Shown piece after piece: positions 1 to 10,800 of a DNA stretch of 64,000 bases. Below the pieces are notes generated by a model. That model saw only the letters and a program-made list of their open reading frames with translations, did not search any database and was not told where the DNA came from. The number at the start of each line of letters is the position of its first letter. The stretch's first letter is position 1. The position numbers and the translations under genes are program-made. The stretch spans positions 66,281 to 130,280 of the forward strand of contig NIVC01002916.1 of the NCBI GenBank assembly GCA_002269645.1. The letters run 5' to 3'. The DNA is from Macrostomum lignano. Lineage: Eukaryota.

Positions 1-900
1 ACATTTTCTACCCGCCCCCACCATAAAGACACATTTTCTACCGCCCCCACCAAAAAGACACATTTTCTATCCGCCCCCATAAAGACACGTTTTCTATCCG
101 CCCCCCCCCATAAAGACACATTTTCTATCCGCCCCCACCATAAAGACACATTTTCTACCCGCCCCCACCAAAAAGACACATTTTCTACCCGCCCCCACCA
201 TAAAGACACATTTTCTACCGCCCCCACCAAAAAGACACATTTTCTATCCGCCCCCATAAAGACACGTTTTCTATCCGCCCCCCCCCCCCATAAAGACACA
301 TTTTCTATCCGCCCCCACCATAAAGACACATTTTCTACCCGCCCCACCATAAAGACACATTTTCTACCCGCCCCCACCAAAAAGACACGTTTTCTATCCG
401 CCCCCCCCATAAAGACACATTTTCTACCCGCCCCACCAAAAAGACACGTTTTCTATCCGCCCCCCCATAAAGACACATTTTCTACACGCCCCCAAAAAAA
501 ACACATTTTCTATCCGACCCCCATAAAGACACATTTTCTATACGCCCCCATAAAGACACATTTTCTATCCGCCCCTTTAAAGACACATTTTCTATCCGCC
601 CCTTTAAAGACACATTTTCTATCCGCCCTATAGAGACACATTTTATATCAGCCCCATAAAGACACATTTTCTATCTGCTTCTGTAAAGACATATTTTCTA
701 TCCGCCCCTTTGAGGACACATTTTCTATCCGCCCTATAGAGACACATTTTATATCAGCCCCATAAAGACACATTTTCTATCTGCTTCTGTAAAGACATAT
801 TTTCTATCCGCCCCTTTGAGGACACATTTTCTATCCGCCCTATAGAGACACATTTTCTATCCGCCCCCATAAAGACACATTTCCAACCGCCCCCAGACAC
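1..900. repeat. Intronic minisatellite, about 26-30 bp unit (AAAGACACATTTTCTAYCCGCCCCCAYCAT)
   Basis: Direct tandem repetition visible in sequence. Confidence 0.95.
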
Positions 901-958
901 ATTCATCCGATCTATTCGCCCATATCGCCCACACACTGCACCTGTTCAAGCCCTTCAG

Positions 959-1956
959 GCACTGTTAATTCTACTATCAAGTGCACGCCCAGACCAGATC
1001 AATTGTCGTTCCCGTCCCGCCGCAGACGCCGCAAAGGTCGCAGCTCGAGCGAAAGCGAGGACGTCCTGACCCGGATGCTGGTGCTGCCGGACGCCAGGCG
1101 GACCTGGACCGGCACCTCGGCCGCCAGCCTGCTCAGCCGGGTGCGCCAGCTCGGCGCCAACGTCACCGTCACCTCCGCCTCCCTGGCCGCCATCAGCCAG
1201 CAGCCGGTCTTCGCTGAGGAAGCCGCCGCGGCTGCCGCTGGCGCATCATCGATTCCGCCGCGCCGAGCGCCGCCACCAACGCCGGCCGGCCTGGCGCTGC
1301 CGCGCGACCCGCACGCGCTCACCTTGCACCGGCACTGCGGCTCCGCGTTTGCCGCTGCGACCAGCGCCGCCGCCTCAGCATCTGCCGCGTCCGCCTCGAC
1401 ATCCGCGTCCTCCCAGAAGCAGCAGCGGCAGCAGCGGATTTCGTCTTCGCAGGCGCCACCGCCGCCGGACGATTCGGCGCCGACCAGCGGCTACGCCAGC
1501 TGCGTTGGCTCCCGCGCCCAGCTGGCCGGCCCGGAGCCCGGCGAGCTCCTCCTGCTGGCCGCCGCTAGCGACGCCGGCGGATCTCCGCCTGGCGAGGCCG
1601 CCCACGCCGAGGAGGCCTGCGTCGGCTGCCGGCTTCGACAGCACCGATCCGCCCGCCGGTGGACCGCGCAGACGCCGCCGCCCGATGCCGACGATTCTAC
1701 GGCGGCTGCTGCCGCGTCGCCGGCGGGCACCGCTAGACGCGACGTGCTCAGGCTGGTCGGCCTGCTCACCTGCCAGGTGAATCTGGCAAAAAATGAAGAC
1801 GCCCTGGTGCAGCTGCGCGCCCGCTGGCCCCGCCTGTTCGACCTGTGCCTGTACTCGGATGTCTCCCTGCTGCTGGCCAGGTTCCCCTACACCCGGCGCA
1901 ACCGGGCCTTCGTGCAGGACCTCTTCAGCGACCCCTGCTGCCGCCTGTTTTCCTGA
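959..1956 (+). CDS. RICTOR: Terminal coding exon of a RICTOR-like (mTORC2 subunit) gene; 5' exons lie left of the window
   Basis: C-terminus DVLRLVGLLTCQVNLAKNEDALVQLRARWPRLFDLCLYSDVSLLLARFPYTRRNRAFVQDLFSD matches the remembered Rictor C-terminal motif (EVLRLVINL...DDICLYSEVSHLL...RRFIQELF). An HxxxxCxxC motif (HAEEACVGC) lies upstream. Candidate acceptor ttcag|gc at 958/959; the exact acceptor is uncertain. Confidence 0.8.
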
Positions 1957-2054
1957 GGCTCGGGCTTTGCACTTTTGAAATCGCCTCGAAGTAGTATTAC
2001 TGAAATAAATTAACTTTAAGCAACCCAGAAAATCGTCCCAAAAGAATCTTCATA

Positions 2055-2785
2055 AACACCCCCCAGAGAATCGCCCTAAACAGCCCAAGGAATCGCCCTA
2101 AACACCCCCAGAGAATCGCCCTAAACAGGCCCAGAGAATCGCCCTAAACAGCCCAGGGAATTGCCCTAAACAGCCCACAGAATTGCCCTAAACAGCCCAG
2201 AGAATTGCCCTAAACAGCCCACTGAATTGCCCTAAACAGCCCACAGAATTGCCCTAAACAGCCCAGGGAATTGCCCTAAACAGCCCACAGAATTGCCCTA
2301 AACAGCCCAGAGAATTGCCCTAAACAGCCCACAGAATTGCCCTAAACAGCTCCAGAGAATCGCCCTAAACAGCCCACAGAATCGCCCTAAACAGCCCAGA
2401 GAATCGCCCTAAACTGCCGCAGAGAATCGCCCTAAACAGCCCCCAGAGAATCGCCCTAAACAGCCCAGGGAATTGCCCTAAACAGCCCAGAGAATTGCCC
2501 TAAACAGCCCACTGAATTGCCCTAAACAGCCCACTGAATTGCCCTAAACAGCTCCAGAGAATCGCCCTAAACAGCCCCACAGAATCGCCCTAAACAGCCC
2601 AGAGAATCGCCCTAAACTGCCGCAGAGAATCGCCCTAAACAGCCCCCAGAGAATCGCCCTAAACAGCCCAGGGAATTGCCCTAAACAGCCCAGAGAATTG
2701 CCCTAAACAGCCCACTGAATTGCCCTAAACAGCCCCAGAGAATCGCGCTAAACAGCCCCACAGAATCGCACTAAACAGCCGCAGT
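2055..2785. repeat. Minisatellite, about 21-23 bp unit (GAGAATYGCCCTAAACAGCCC) downstream of the RICTOR stop
   Basis: Direct tandem repetition. Confidence 0.95.
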
Positions 2786-3717
2786 CGCAGTGCAATCGAT
2801 AAAATCAGAACAGCTGCAATTGTGGTGCTCCACCCATTTGTTTTTATCTTATTCTTTTGGATATTTTATCCCGGATACAGGCGGACACAGGAGTCTGTCT
2901 GCACCTGTGCATGCTGCAATGCCGTGTAGTTTATGCAATTTATTTTTATCACGTTGGCCCACCGTGTGAATCGCAATCTCTAAGCCTGGATTTTTTCTAC
3001 ACCTCCAGTCTTGCAACTCGCAGATTTTGTTAGGAAGTTGCAATTGTGTTTTCTCTGCTCCCGGCTTCGCTTCCCTCTCTCTAGTCAGGCACAGCTTGCT
3101 GCTCCAAAAATCTCCCAGCCTCCTTCAAGGTCCACCGCGCATCGCATTCTCACGCCTCTCGAGGTTTGCTGGCACACGCAGTGCTTTTTTAATTGCTGCT
3201 TTTATTACTGTGCATCTTCTTTTGCTCGCCAGCTGCTGGCCCGGGCTTTCAGATTTGCTGACCAACAAAGCAGCTGGATTCTGTTAGCATTGTTTTAATG
3301 CTGTGTGTCTCCGTGCTACCTCATCACTGCCCTCGCAATGCAAGCTCGGACTCCCAACTGCTCTGCTTCCGCTTCTAGCGCTAGTAGCCTCAGTGCCTCC
3401 GCTTGCAGCCACCCCCCCCCCTGCCCGCCAGCTGTGTGCTGGCGCTATTCACATGAATGAATATTTATATTTATGTTTTCGTTGTTTTCTGTGTTACCCC
3501 TGTCGCCTGACTGGCTATATTTATATATAGATACTCACTGTTAACCAACAGGGCTTGTCTGACTGATTAAATATTTCATATATATAAATTATTATGTAGC
3601 CTAATTATTGAATACTATCCATATAGTATTGGCCGGCTTTGAGCACCTTTACTGAATAACTGAAAGCGACTTCAGCCTGCTGGAGTTTTGTGAGTGATTT
3701 TGGTGACTTTTGTTCAG

Positions 3718-4720
3718 CCGTCAGGGAGGGTGTTTGTAGGACACTGCAGCTCATTCTGACCGTCAGGGAGGGTGTTTGTAGGACACTGCAGCTCATTCTG
3801 ACCCCGTCAGGGAGGGTGTTTGTAGGACACTGCAGCTCATTCTGACCCTGTCAGGGAGGGTGTTTGTAGGACACTGCAGCTCATTCTGACCCCGTCAGGG
3901 AGGGTGTTTGTAGGACACTGCAGCTCATTCTGACCGTCAGGGAGGGTGTTTGTAGGACACTGCAGCTCATTCTGACCCCGTTAGGGAGGGTGTTTGTAGG
4001 ACACTGCAGCTCATTCTGACCGTCAGGGAGGGTGTTTGTAGGACACTGCAGCTCATTCTGACCGTCAGGGAGGGTGTTTGTAGGACACTGCAGCTCATTC
4101 TGACCGTCAGGGAGGGTGTTTGTAGGACACTGCAGCTCATTCTGACCCCGTTAGGGAGGGTGTTTGTAGGACACTGCAGCTCATTCTGACCCTGTCAGGG
4201 AGGGTGTTTGTAGGACACTGCAGCTCATTCTGACCCCGTCAGGGAGGGTGTTTGTAGGACACTGCAGCTCATTCTGACCCCGTCAGGGACGGTGTTTGTA
4301 GGACACTGCAGCTCATTCTGACCGTCAGGGAGGGTGTTTGTAGGACACTGCAGCTCATCTGACCCTGTCAGGGAGGGTGTTTGTAGGACACTGCAGCTCA
4401 TTCTGACCGTCAGGGAGGGTATTTGTAGGACACTGCAGCTCATTCTGACCCCGTCAGGGAGGGTGTTTGTAGGACACTGCAGCTCATTCTGACCCCGTCA
4501 GGGAGGGTGTTTGTAGGACACTGCAGCTCATTCTGACCGTCAGGGAGGGTATTTGTAGGACACTGCAGCTCATTCTGACCGTCAGGGAGGGTATTTGTAG
4601 GACACTGCAGCTCATTCTGACCGTCAGGGAGGGTATTTGTAGGACACTGCAGCTCATTCTGACCGTCAGGGAGGGTATTTGTAGGAAACTGCAGCTCATC
4701 TGACCCTGTCAGGGAGGGTA
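3718..4720. repeat. Minisatellite, 39-42 bp unit (GTCAGGGAGGGTGTTTGTAGGACACTGCAGCTCATTCTGACC)
   Basis: Direct tandem repetition, roughly 25 copies. Confidence 0.95.
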
Positions 4721-4735
4721 TTGGAGCCGCGCACT

Positions 4736-4864
4736 TTAGCAGCGCATGACCTGAAGAAAACGTGTGGCAAGTTGAGCTCCAAGGCGTTCATCGGGAATTT
4801 CCACTGCCAGGCTGCACTGTGTGGCCGCGGGGACCGTGCCGCCAGGGTCCATGGAAATTTCCTT
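4736..4864 (-). CDS. Probable terminal RhoGEF exon (KEISMDPGG...RFLQVMRC*)
   Basis: aattag| acceptor, open frame to TAA at 4736-4738, unique sequence between repeats. Confidence 0.5.
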   Translation of the reverse strand, partial: KEISMDPGGTVPAATQCSLAVEIPDERLGAQLATRFLQVMRC

Positions 4865-7800
4865 CTAATTGGGTTTGAGAATCTCGGATTGGTCCCCGAA
4901 TGCTAATGAGGGCAATTCGAATGGGCCGAACTCGGCTGCGATTCCTGCCTACCGTCTGTCCTGCCCTTCTCTGAGAAAGAATACAAAAATTATGATTGAA
5001 AGTTGGACTACTACGGCAGTGCAGCGATTCCAGATAATTAATAATTCATGAGATCGCTAAAATCTTTCCTCAGGTTGTAAAAACTGCCTGAGCCGCTTTG
5101 CGAGTCTGACGTTTAACTTTAGCTGTGCTCCGTGTTCCAAGCTTGTCCAAGCTCAATGTGCCTTGGTGCTGGCGCCCCTTGGTGCTGGCGCCCCTTGGTG
5201 CTGGCGCCCCTTGGTGCTGGCGCCCCTTGGTGCTGGCGCCCCTTGGTGCTGGCGCCCCTTGGTGCTGGCGCCCCTTGGTGCTGGCGCCTCTTGGTGCTGG
5301 TGCCCCTTGGCGTGGCTATGAGGGACCCTCAAGTCCGTGAGACCTTGGCGTGGCCTTGGGATTGCTCCAGCGTGTTCATCTCACGCTCCTTCAGCTCACA
5401 TTTCTAAAAATATCCTTAATCAACTCCAGTTTTTTCATTAATTAGTATCATTGAAGAAGGGTGTCCATGTTTTGATTAATTTTCCTCAAAGTGCTTGACT
5501 GAGTAGCGAATGAATTCAGTGAAATCCCGTACATTGCGTACTTTTTATTATTTTCGATCACTTGGTTATGATTAAATGTTACGAGTATGTACAGTTTAGT
5601 TACCTGTACTGTTACCGAACCACACTGATAGATTTGAAACAGAGCAAAAATTTACAGTTTTCAAAGCATTCACTGTGCGCGTCTGTGTGAATGAGAGGAA
5701 CAAAAATAATGACGATTATGACACATTATGACACAGCTCTGGCATAAAATTTCACGAATTTACGAGCTCAGTTAATCTGCTTATTTCTCATTGGCTGAAA
5801 AGCTCTCCTGCTTTCTGATTGGCCAGATCAAGCTCATGTGCTCATCTCTCATTGGCTGAAAAGCTCTCCTGCTCTGATTGGCCAGATCAAGTCCACGTGC
5901 TCATCTCTCATTGGCTGAAAAAACTAGTGCTCTCTAATTGGCCAGATCAATCTAAACGTTTCTCCAAGGGCACCTGGCCCTGATCGTCAAGCCGGCCGCA
6001 GCCGCTGGTGCAGCGTCATTGGCGGAGTCGAGGATCGGGCCGTGTACACATCATGATCCGTCTGGTGCCGGCTCATGCTCAGCGAAGCCGGGTGTCGGCC
6101 GCTTCCGACTACCGCGCCGGCGCCGGCATCGACACCCGACCCGCCGGCGCCGAGACCGCTGACTCCGTGTCCCAGCGCGTCGATGTCACTGCTGCTGTGC
6201 GTGTACTGCAGCACTCGCTGGAGCTGCTGGTGCTGCTGCGGGGGCTCAGCTGGCAGATGCTGTCGCGGCGCGTCGGCTTGGGGTGGCAGCGAGTGCCGAC
6301 TGTAGGCCGCCGCCGCCGGCTGGAGCGACTGAGCCTGCACGGCGGCTCTGGCGGAGAGCAGCCGCTCCAGCCAGTCGTCGCTGGCGCGCTGGTCCGGAGC
6401 CACCAGGTAGAGCAGACAGTCCACGCTTGAGAAGTCAGTGAGCGACACCAGCAGGAATGCGGAGGCTGCGGGTTGGTGTTGGTGTGCCGGGTGTGGGATG
6501 CTGAGTGTGGGATGCTGAGTGTGGGATGCTGAGTGTGGGATGCTGAGTGTGGGATGCCGGGTGTGGGATGCTGAGTGTGGGATGCTGAGTGTGGGATGCT
6601 GAGTGTGGGATGCCGGGTGTGGGATGCCGGGTGTGGGATGCTGAGTGTGGGATGCCGGGTGTGTGGGATGCCGGGTGTGTGGGATGCTGAGTGTGGGATG
6701 CCGGGTGTGTGGGATGCCGGGTGTGTGGGATGCTGAGTGTGGGATGCCGGGTGTGTGGGATGCTGAGTGTGGGATGCCGGGTGTGTGGGATGCTGAGTGT
6801 GGGATGCCGAGTGTGTGGGATGCCGTGGGTGGGATGCCGGGGTGGGATGCCCGGTGTGAGGTGCCGGGGGTGGGTTACTATGTATGGGATGACAAGGTGA
6901 GGAGCTGACATTCCCAGCCGTTTCCGATTTTACGAGCATGACGCCTCTCTCTATGAAAAAAGCGGCAATTCGCATCATTGACTACTACTACTCAGCAGTA
7001 GTAAGTTGCGAGTTGATTGTCAGAATTCGGCACCCCAGCGCGTCAATTTCACTCACAGCTGTCCGTCAGCCGGTGGATGAGCAGCCGCTCCAGCGGGATC
7101 GGCGGCCGCAGCAGTCGCAGGTTGCTGCGCTTGCCGCACTTGGTGAGCAGCAGCAGGTCGGTGAACAGGAGGCACCGGGCGTCGCTGCACTGGAATTGAG
7201 AAAACTTTTTGAGTGCATTTATGCAGCCTCTGATGCACCGTGTGCGTGACAAGTTTGCTTATTCAGCTTAATTTTCAGCATGAATTTTGAGGGGCGCTTG
7301 AATTGGAGGCCGATGCGATGCAAACAACCGAAAACACACGAATCCTTGAAGGACAGTCGAGACATATAGTTGAAAGCTGTCCTTCTCCCAGATCCCCATT
7401 CTCTCATTCCCATTTCTCTCCTACCGCCTAAGGCGCAGCAGCTCCTTCCAGCCGCATCTCACAGGCCTCTAAACCTAATTTACTGCTTTTCCCGTCCCCA
7501 GCATCCGGCTTGTTGGATTAATTCAGCTAGCGGCATCTCCTGTGATTATTTTTTGCTAACTATTTTTATTCTGGGATATTTCCAGTTAAGGTTTAAGGTT
7601 AGAGTTTGGGTAGAAAGAGAAAGTTGACAGAATTTTGACAAACTATTGAAGTACAATGTTAAAAGAAATAATACTGAAACTCAGCATTCAAACCCGTAAG
7701 CTTCTTTTTTAAATGCGAACAGCATTCTCGTCCCTTGGCTGCACCCACCTCTCCACTCTCGTCCCTCGGCTGCATCCACCCCTCCACTCTCGTCCCTCGG

Positions 7801-10800
7801 CTGCACCCACCTCTCCACTCTCGTCCCTCGGCTGCACCCACCTCTCCACTCTTGTCCCTCGGCTGCACCCACCTCTCCACTCTCGTCCCTCGGCTGCACC
7901 CACCTCTCCACTCTCGTCCCTCGGCTGCACCCACCTCTCCACTCTCGTCCCTCGGCTGCACCCTCCTCTCCACTCTCGTCCCTCGGCTGCACCCACCTCT
8001 CCACTCTCGTCCCTCGGCTGCACCAAACTCCCTCTTTTTCCATTCCCTTGAGTCCTGGACGCACCGCCCCGCCGTTCCCCCTCTTACTTTTCCTTTTTCG
8101 TCCCTGAGTCGCAGTTCGCCCTCGCAAATTTTCCGCCGCTGCTGTCCATTGTGCGGCATCGGTCGTGTCAGGTCCAGCCGGTAGCGGTCAAGAAGGCTGG
8201 CCGCCTCATCGCCAAGCGCTTCGCGCCACTCCTGCATTTTAGCGTCCTCCAACCGATCTGCGACGCCGCGGACCTCCTCCTGGTCGGACTTGAGCTGGTA
8301 GGATGAGTTTAACCGGCTGCAGAAATCTGTGGTGTGGGCGATCTGGAACGGGGGAAATGATAGTACCTTCGTCAGCGGGCCAACCGACTACTGAAATTCG
8401 CCAAAATTCGAATACTTTCTTTTTTGGGAAAGTACATTTGGTCACCCTAAATCTACGCTCGTAATCTACGTAAGTTTTCTATCCCTTCGTCTTTGTACAT
8501 TCTCTAGACCCGGACTTCGGTGATTTGCATTCACCAGCCCTAAGCTACGGTAATGTACATTCGCCAGCCCTAAGCTACGGTAATGTACATTCTCCAGCCC
8601 TAAGCTACGGTAATGTACATTCGCCAGCCCTAAGCTACGGTAATGTACATTCTCTAGCCCTAAGCTACGGTAATGTACATTCTCTAGCCCTAAGCTACGG
8701 TAATGTACATTCTCTAGCCCTAAGCTACGGTAATGTACATTCTCTAGCCCTAAGCTACGGTAATGTACATTCTCTAGCCCTAAGCTACGGTAATGTACAT
8801 TCTCTAGCCCTAAGCTACGGTAATGTACATTCTCCAGCCCTAAGCTACGGTAATGTACATTCTCCAGCCCTAAGCTACGGTAATGTACATTCTCCAGCCC
8901 TAAGCTACGGTAATGTACATTCTCCAGCCCTAAGCTACGGTAATGTACATTCTCCAGCCCAACACTTCGGCCTTCTAATCTGTAGATAAACCGTTCCGCC
9001 GGCCTCACCATGGTTTCCAGCTGCAGCCGCTCCGCGTTGTCCTCCGTGTGCCGCAGCACCTCCTGCAGCAGCAGGCCGTACTTGGTGATCCTCTGCAGCG
9101 GCATCGTCAGCAGCGACTTCAACTGCAGGTCCACCGTGCCGTCCTCAGCGTTGTAGTTGCGGCAGCTCATGCGGTGCGCCCACTGCAATGCAGGTCGCGG
9201 CTTCCTCTTTAGTGAGAAGAACCGAGGACGGTAAACTCCGTTTCTTAGTAAATCTCTGTAGGCTGGCTTTACCCGAAGCACACAGACACACAGCCGAGAT
9301 GGTACTTCCCATTTTCGCCAATTTTTTTATGACTTTACTATCCGTTTTATTGATTTTTTCAAAGCTTTCTCGTAGTGAAAAGTTATTCTAAATATCACAT
9401 TCTAAGGCTGATTGTATTTGAACTTAGGGTAGGAATTTCATCATTTTATAAAGAAAGGTCTGCAGAAATTAATAGAAGCAGTAAATGCTTGTGTTTTTAG
9501 CGCAAAGCCGGCCTTCAAATATTTTCTAAGAAACGAAGTTTACCGTATATTTAATCACGCCGTCCTTGACACGGACTAAAAGGGACGTCACCCCGAAGAC
9601 CCGTACCTTGACGAACTCGCCAAAGGACTCGCCCTTCTCCAAGCTACGCAGGTAGTCCTTGGCGTTACCGATCTGCAGGCAGTAGTCGGCGCAGGGCTGA
9701 AAGATTTCGCCGAATCGGACAAAGCCGGACGCCAGCTGGCCCGGCCGGATGCGCTGGCCGGTGCGCCTGGCGGTCAGCAGGGCCGGGCGCAGGTGCTCGA
9801 TCCACAGGCTCCGGTGAGCCAGGTAAACCAGGCTCAGACCGGGGAACAGCCTGTCCGTGTTCACCTCCGTCAGCAGGCCGCAGCTGCTCTGCAGATGCTG
9901 GATCACGGCGATGTACACCTTGGGGGAGGGCGGGGACGCTGATAAAGCACCGGTGATGTACACCTTGGGGGAGGGCGGGGACGCTGATAAAGCACCGGTG
10001 ATGTACACCTTGGGGGCAGGCGGGGACGCTGATAAAGCACCGGTGATGTACACCTTGGGGGCAGGCGGGGACGCTGATAAAGCACCGGTGATGTACACCT
10101 TGGGGGCAGGCGGGGACGCTGATAAAGCACCAGGTGTAGGGCAGAGAAGCTGCTCCTGCTAATGTTTTCCTGGGAAGGCATGAATATTCATGCGAGATCC
10201 TCAGTTTCCCCATCTGATCCCCCACTGCTCAGACCGGCTGCTTTGCAGTCAGCCTCTGAGAGTTGGGAATATTGCCTTCTCAGGTAGCAGTTCACTGTTT
10301 CTGCAGCTGCAAGTGGCGACCCGGGGATTAATGAATCTGGTAATGCCCTCTGATGCGGCTTACAGCTTGCAATAATCCTTCATCTGCCAGCTCCCTCTTG
10401 ACTTGCAGCAGAGCAGTTCCTTTGCCCCCGTTTGCCCTGGGGGATCGAACTCCGTCTCTCCCCTCCGTTCTCTCCAGCCGAAAGCTCAAGAACGGCTCCG
10501 AAGCTCCATCTGCCTCTGCTCTCCGTTTGAGCAGCTCGAGCGGCTTGCCTTCCCATCCCGCTTTTCTCCATCGTTTCTCAACTCCCGATGAGAACTCCGG
10601 ATTCGCTCCAGTGACTTTCAATGAATCCAATTCAATGAAGATATGAATAATTCAGCACTATTAATTAGCCTTTTTTCCACTGCCGGCTCACCTCAATGAT
10701 GGTCTTCAGGTGCCTGAGTATGTTGATCTCAGTCTGGAACAGCTCCCAGATGGCCGCCTGCTGCTTCAGCATCTTGGCGGATGTGATGCTCTGGAAATCG

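Noticed and set aside
2055-2785. CCCTAA in each unit as a telomeric relic
   Set aside because: Only one hexamer within a 21-23 bp non-hexameric unit; chance occurrence is sufficient.
3605-3717. Open frame SPKSLTKLQQAEVAFSYSVKVLKAGQYYMDSIQ* as an alternative last exon
   Set aside because: No clear acceptor outside the repeat, and the in-phase stop at 4736 already closes the gene model.
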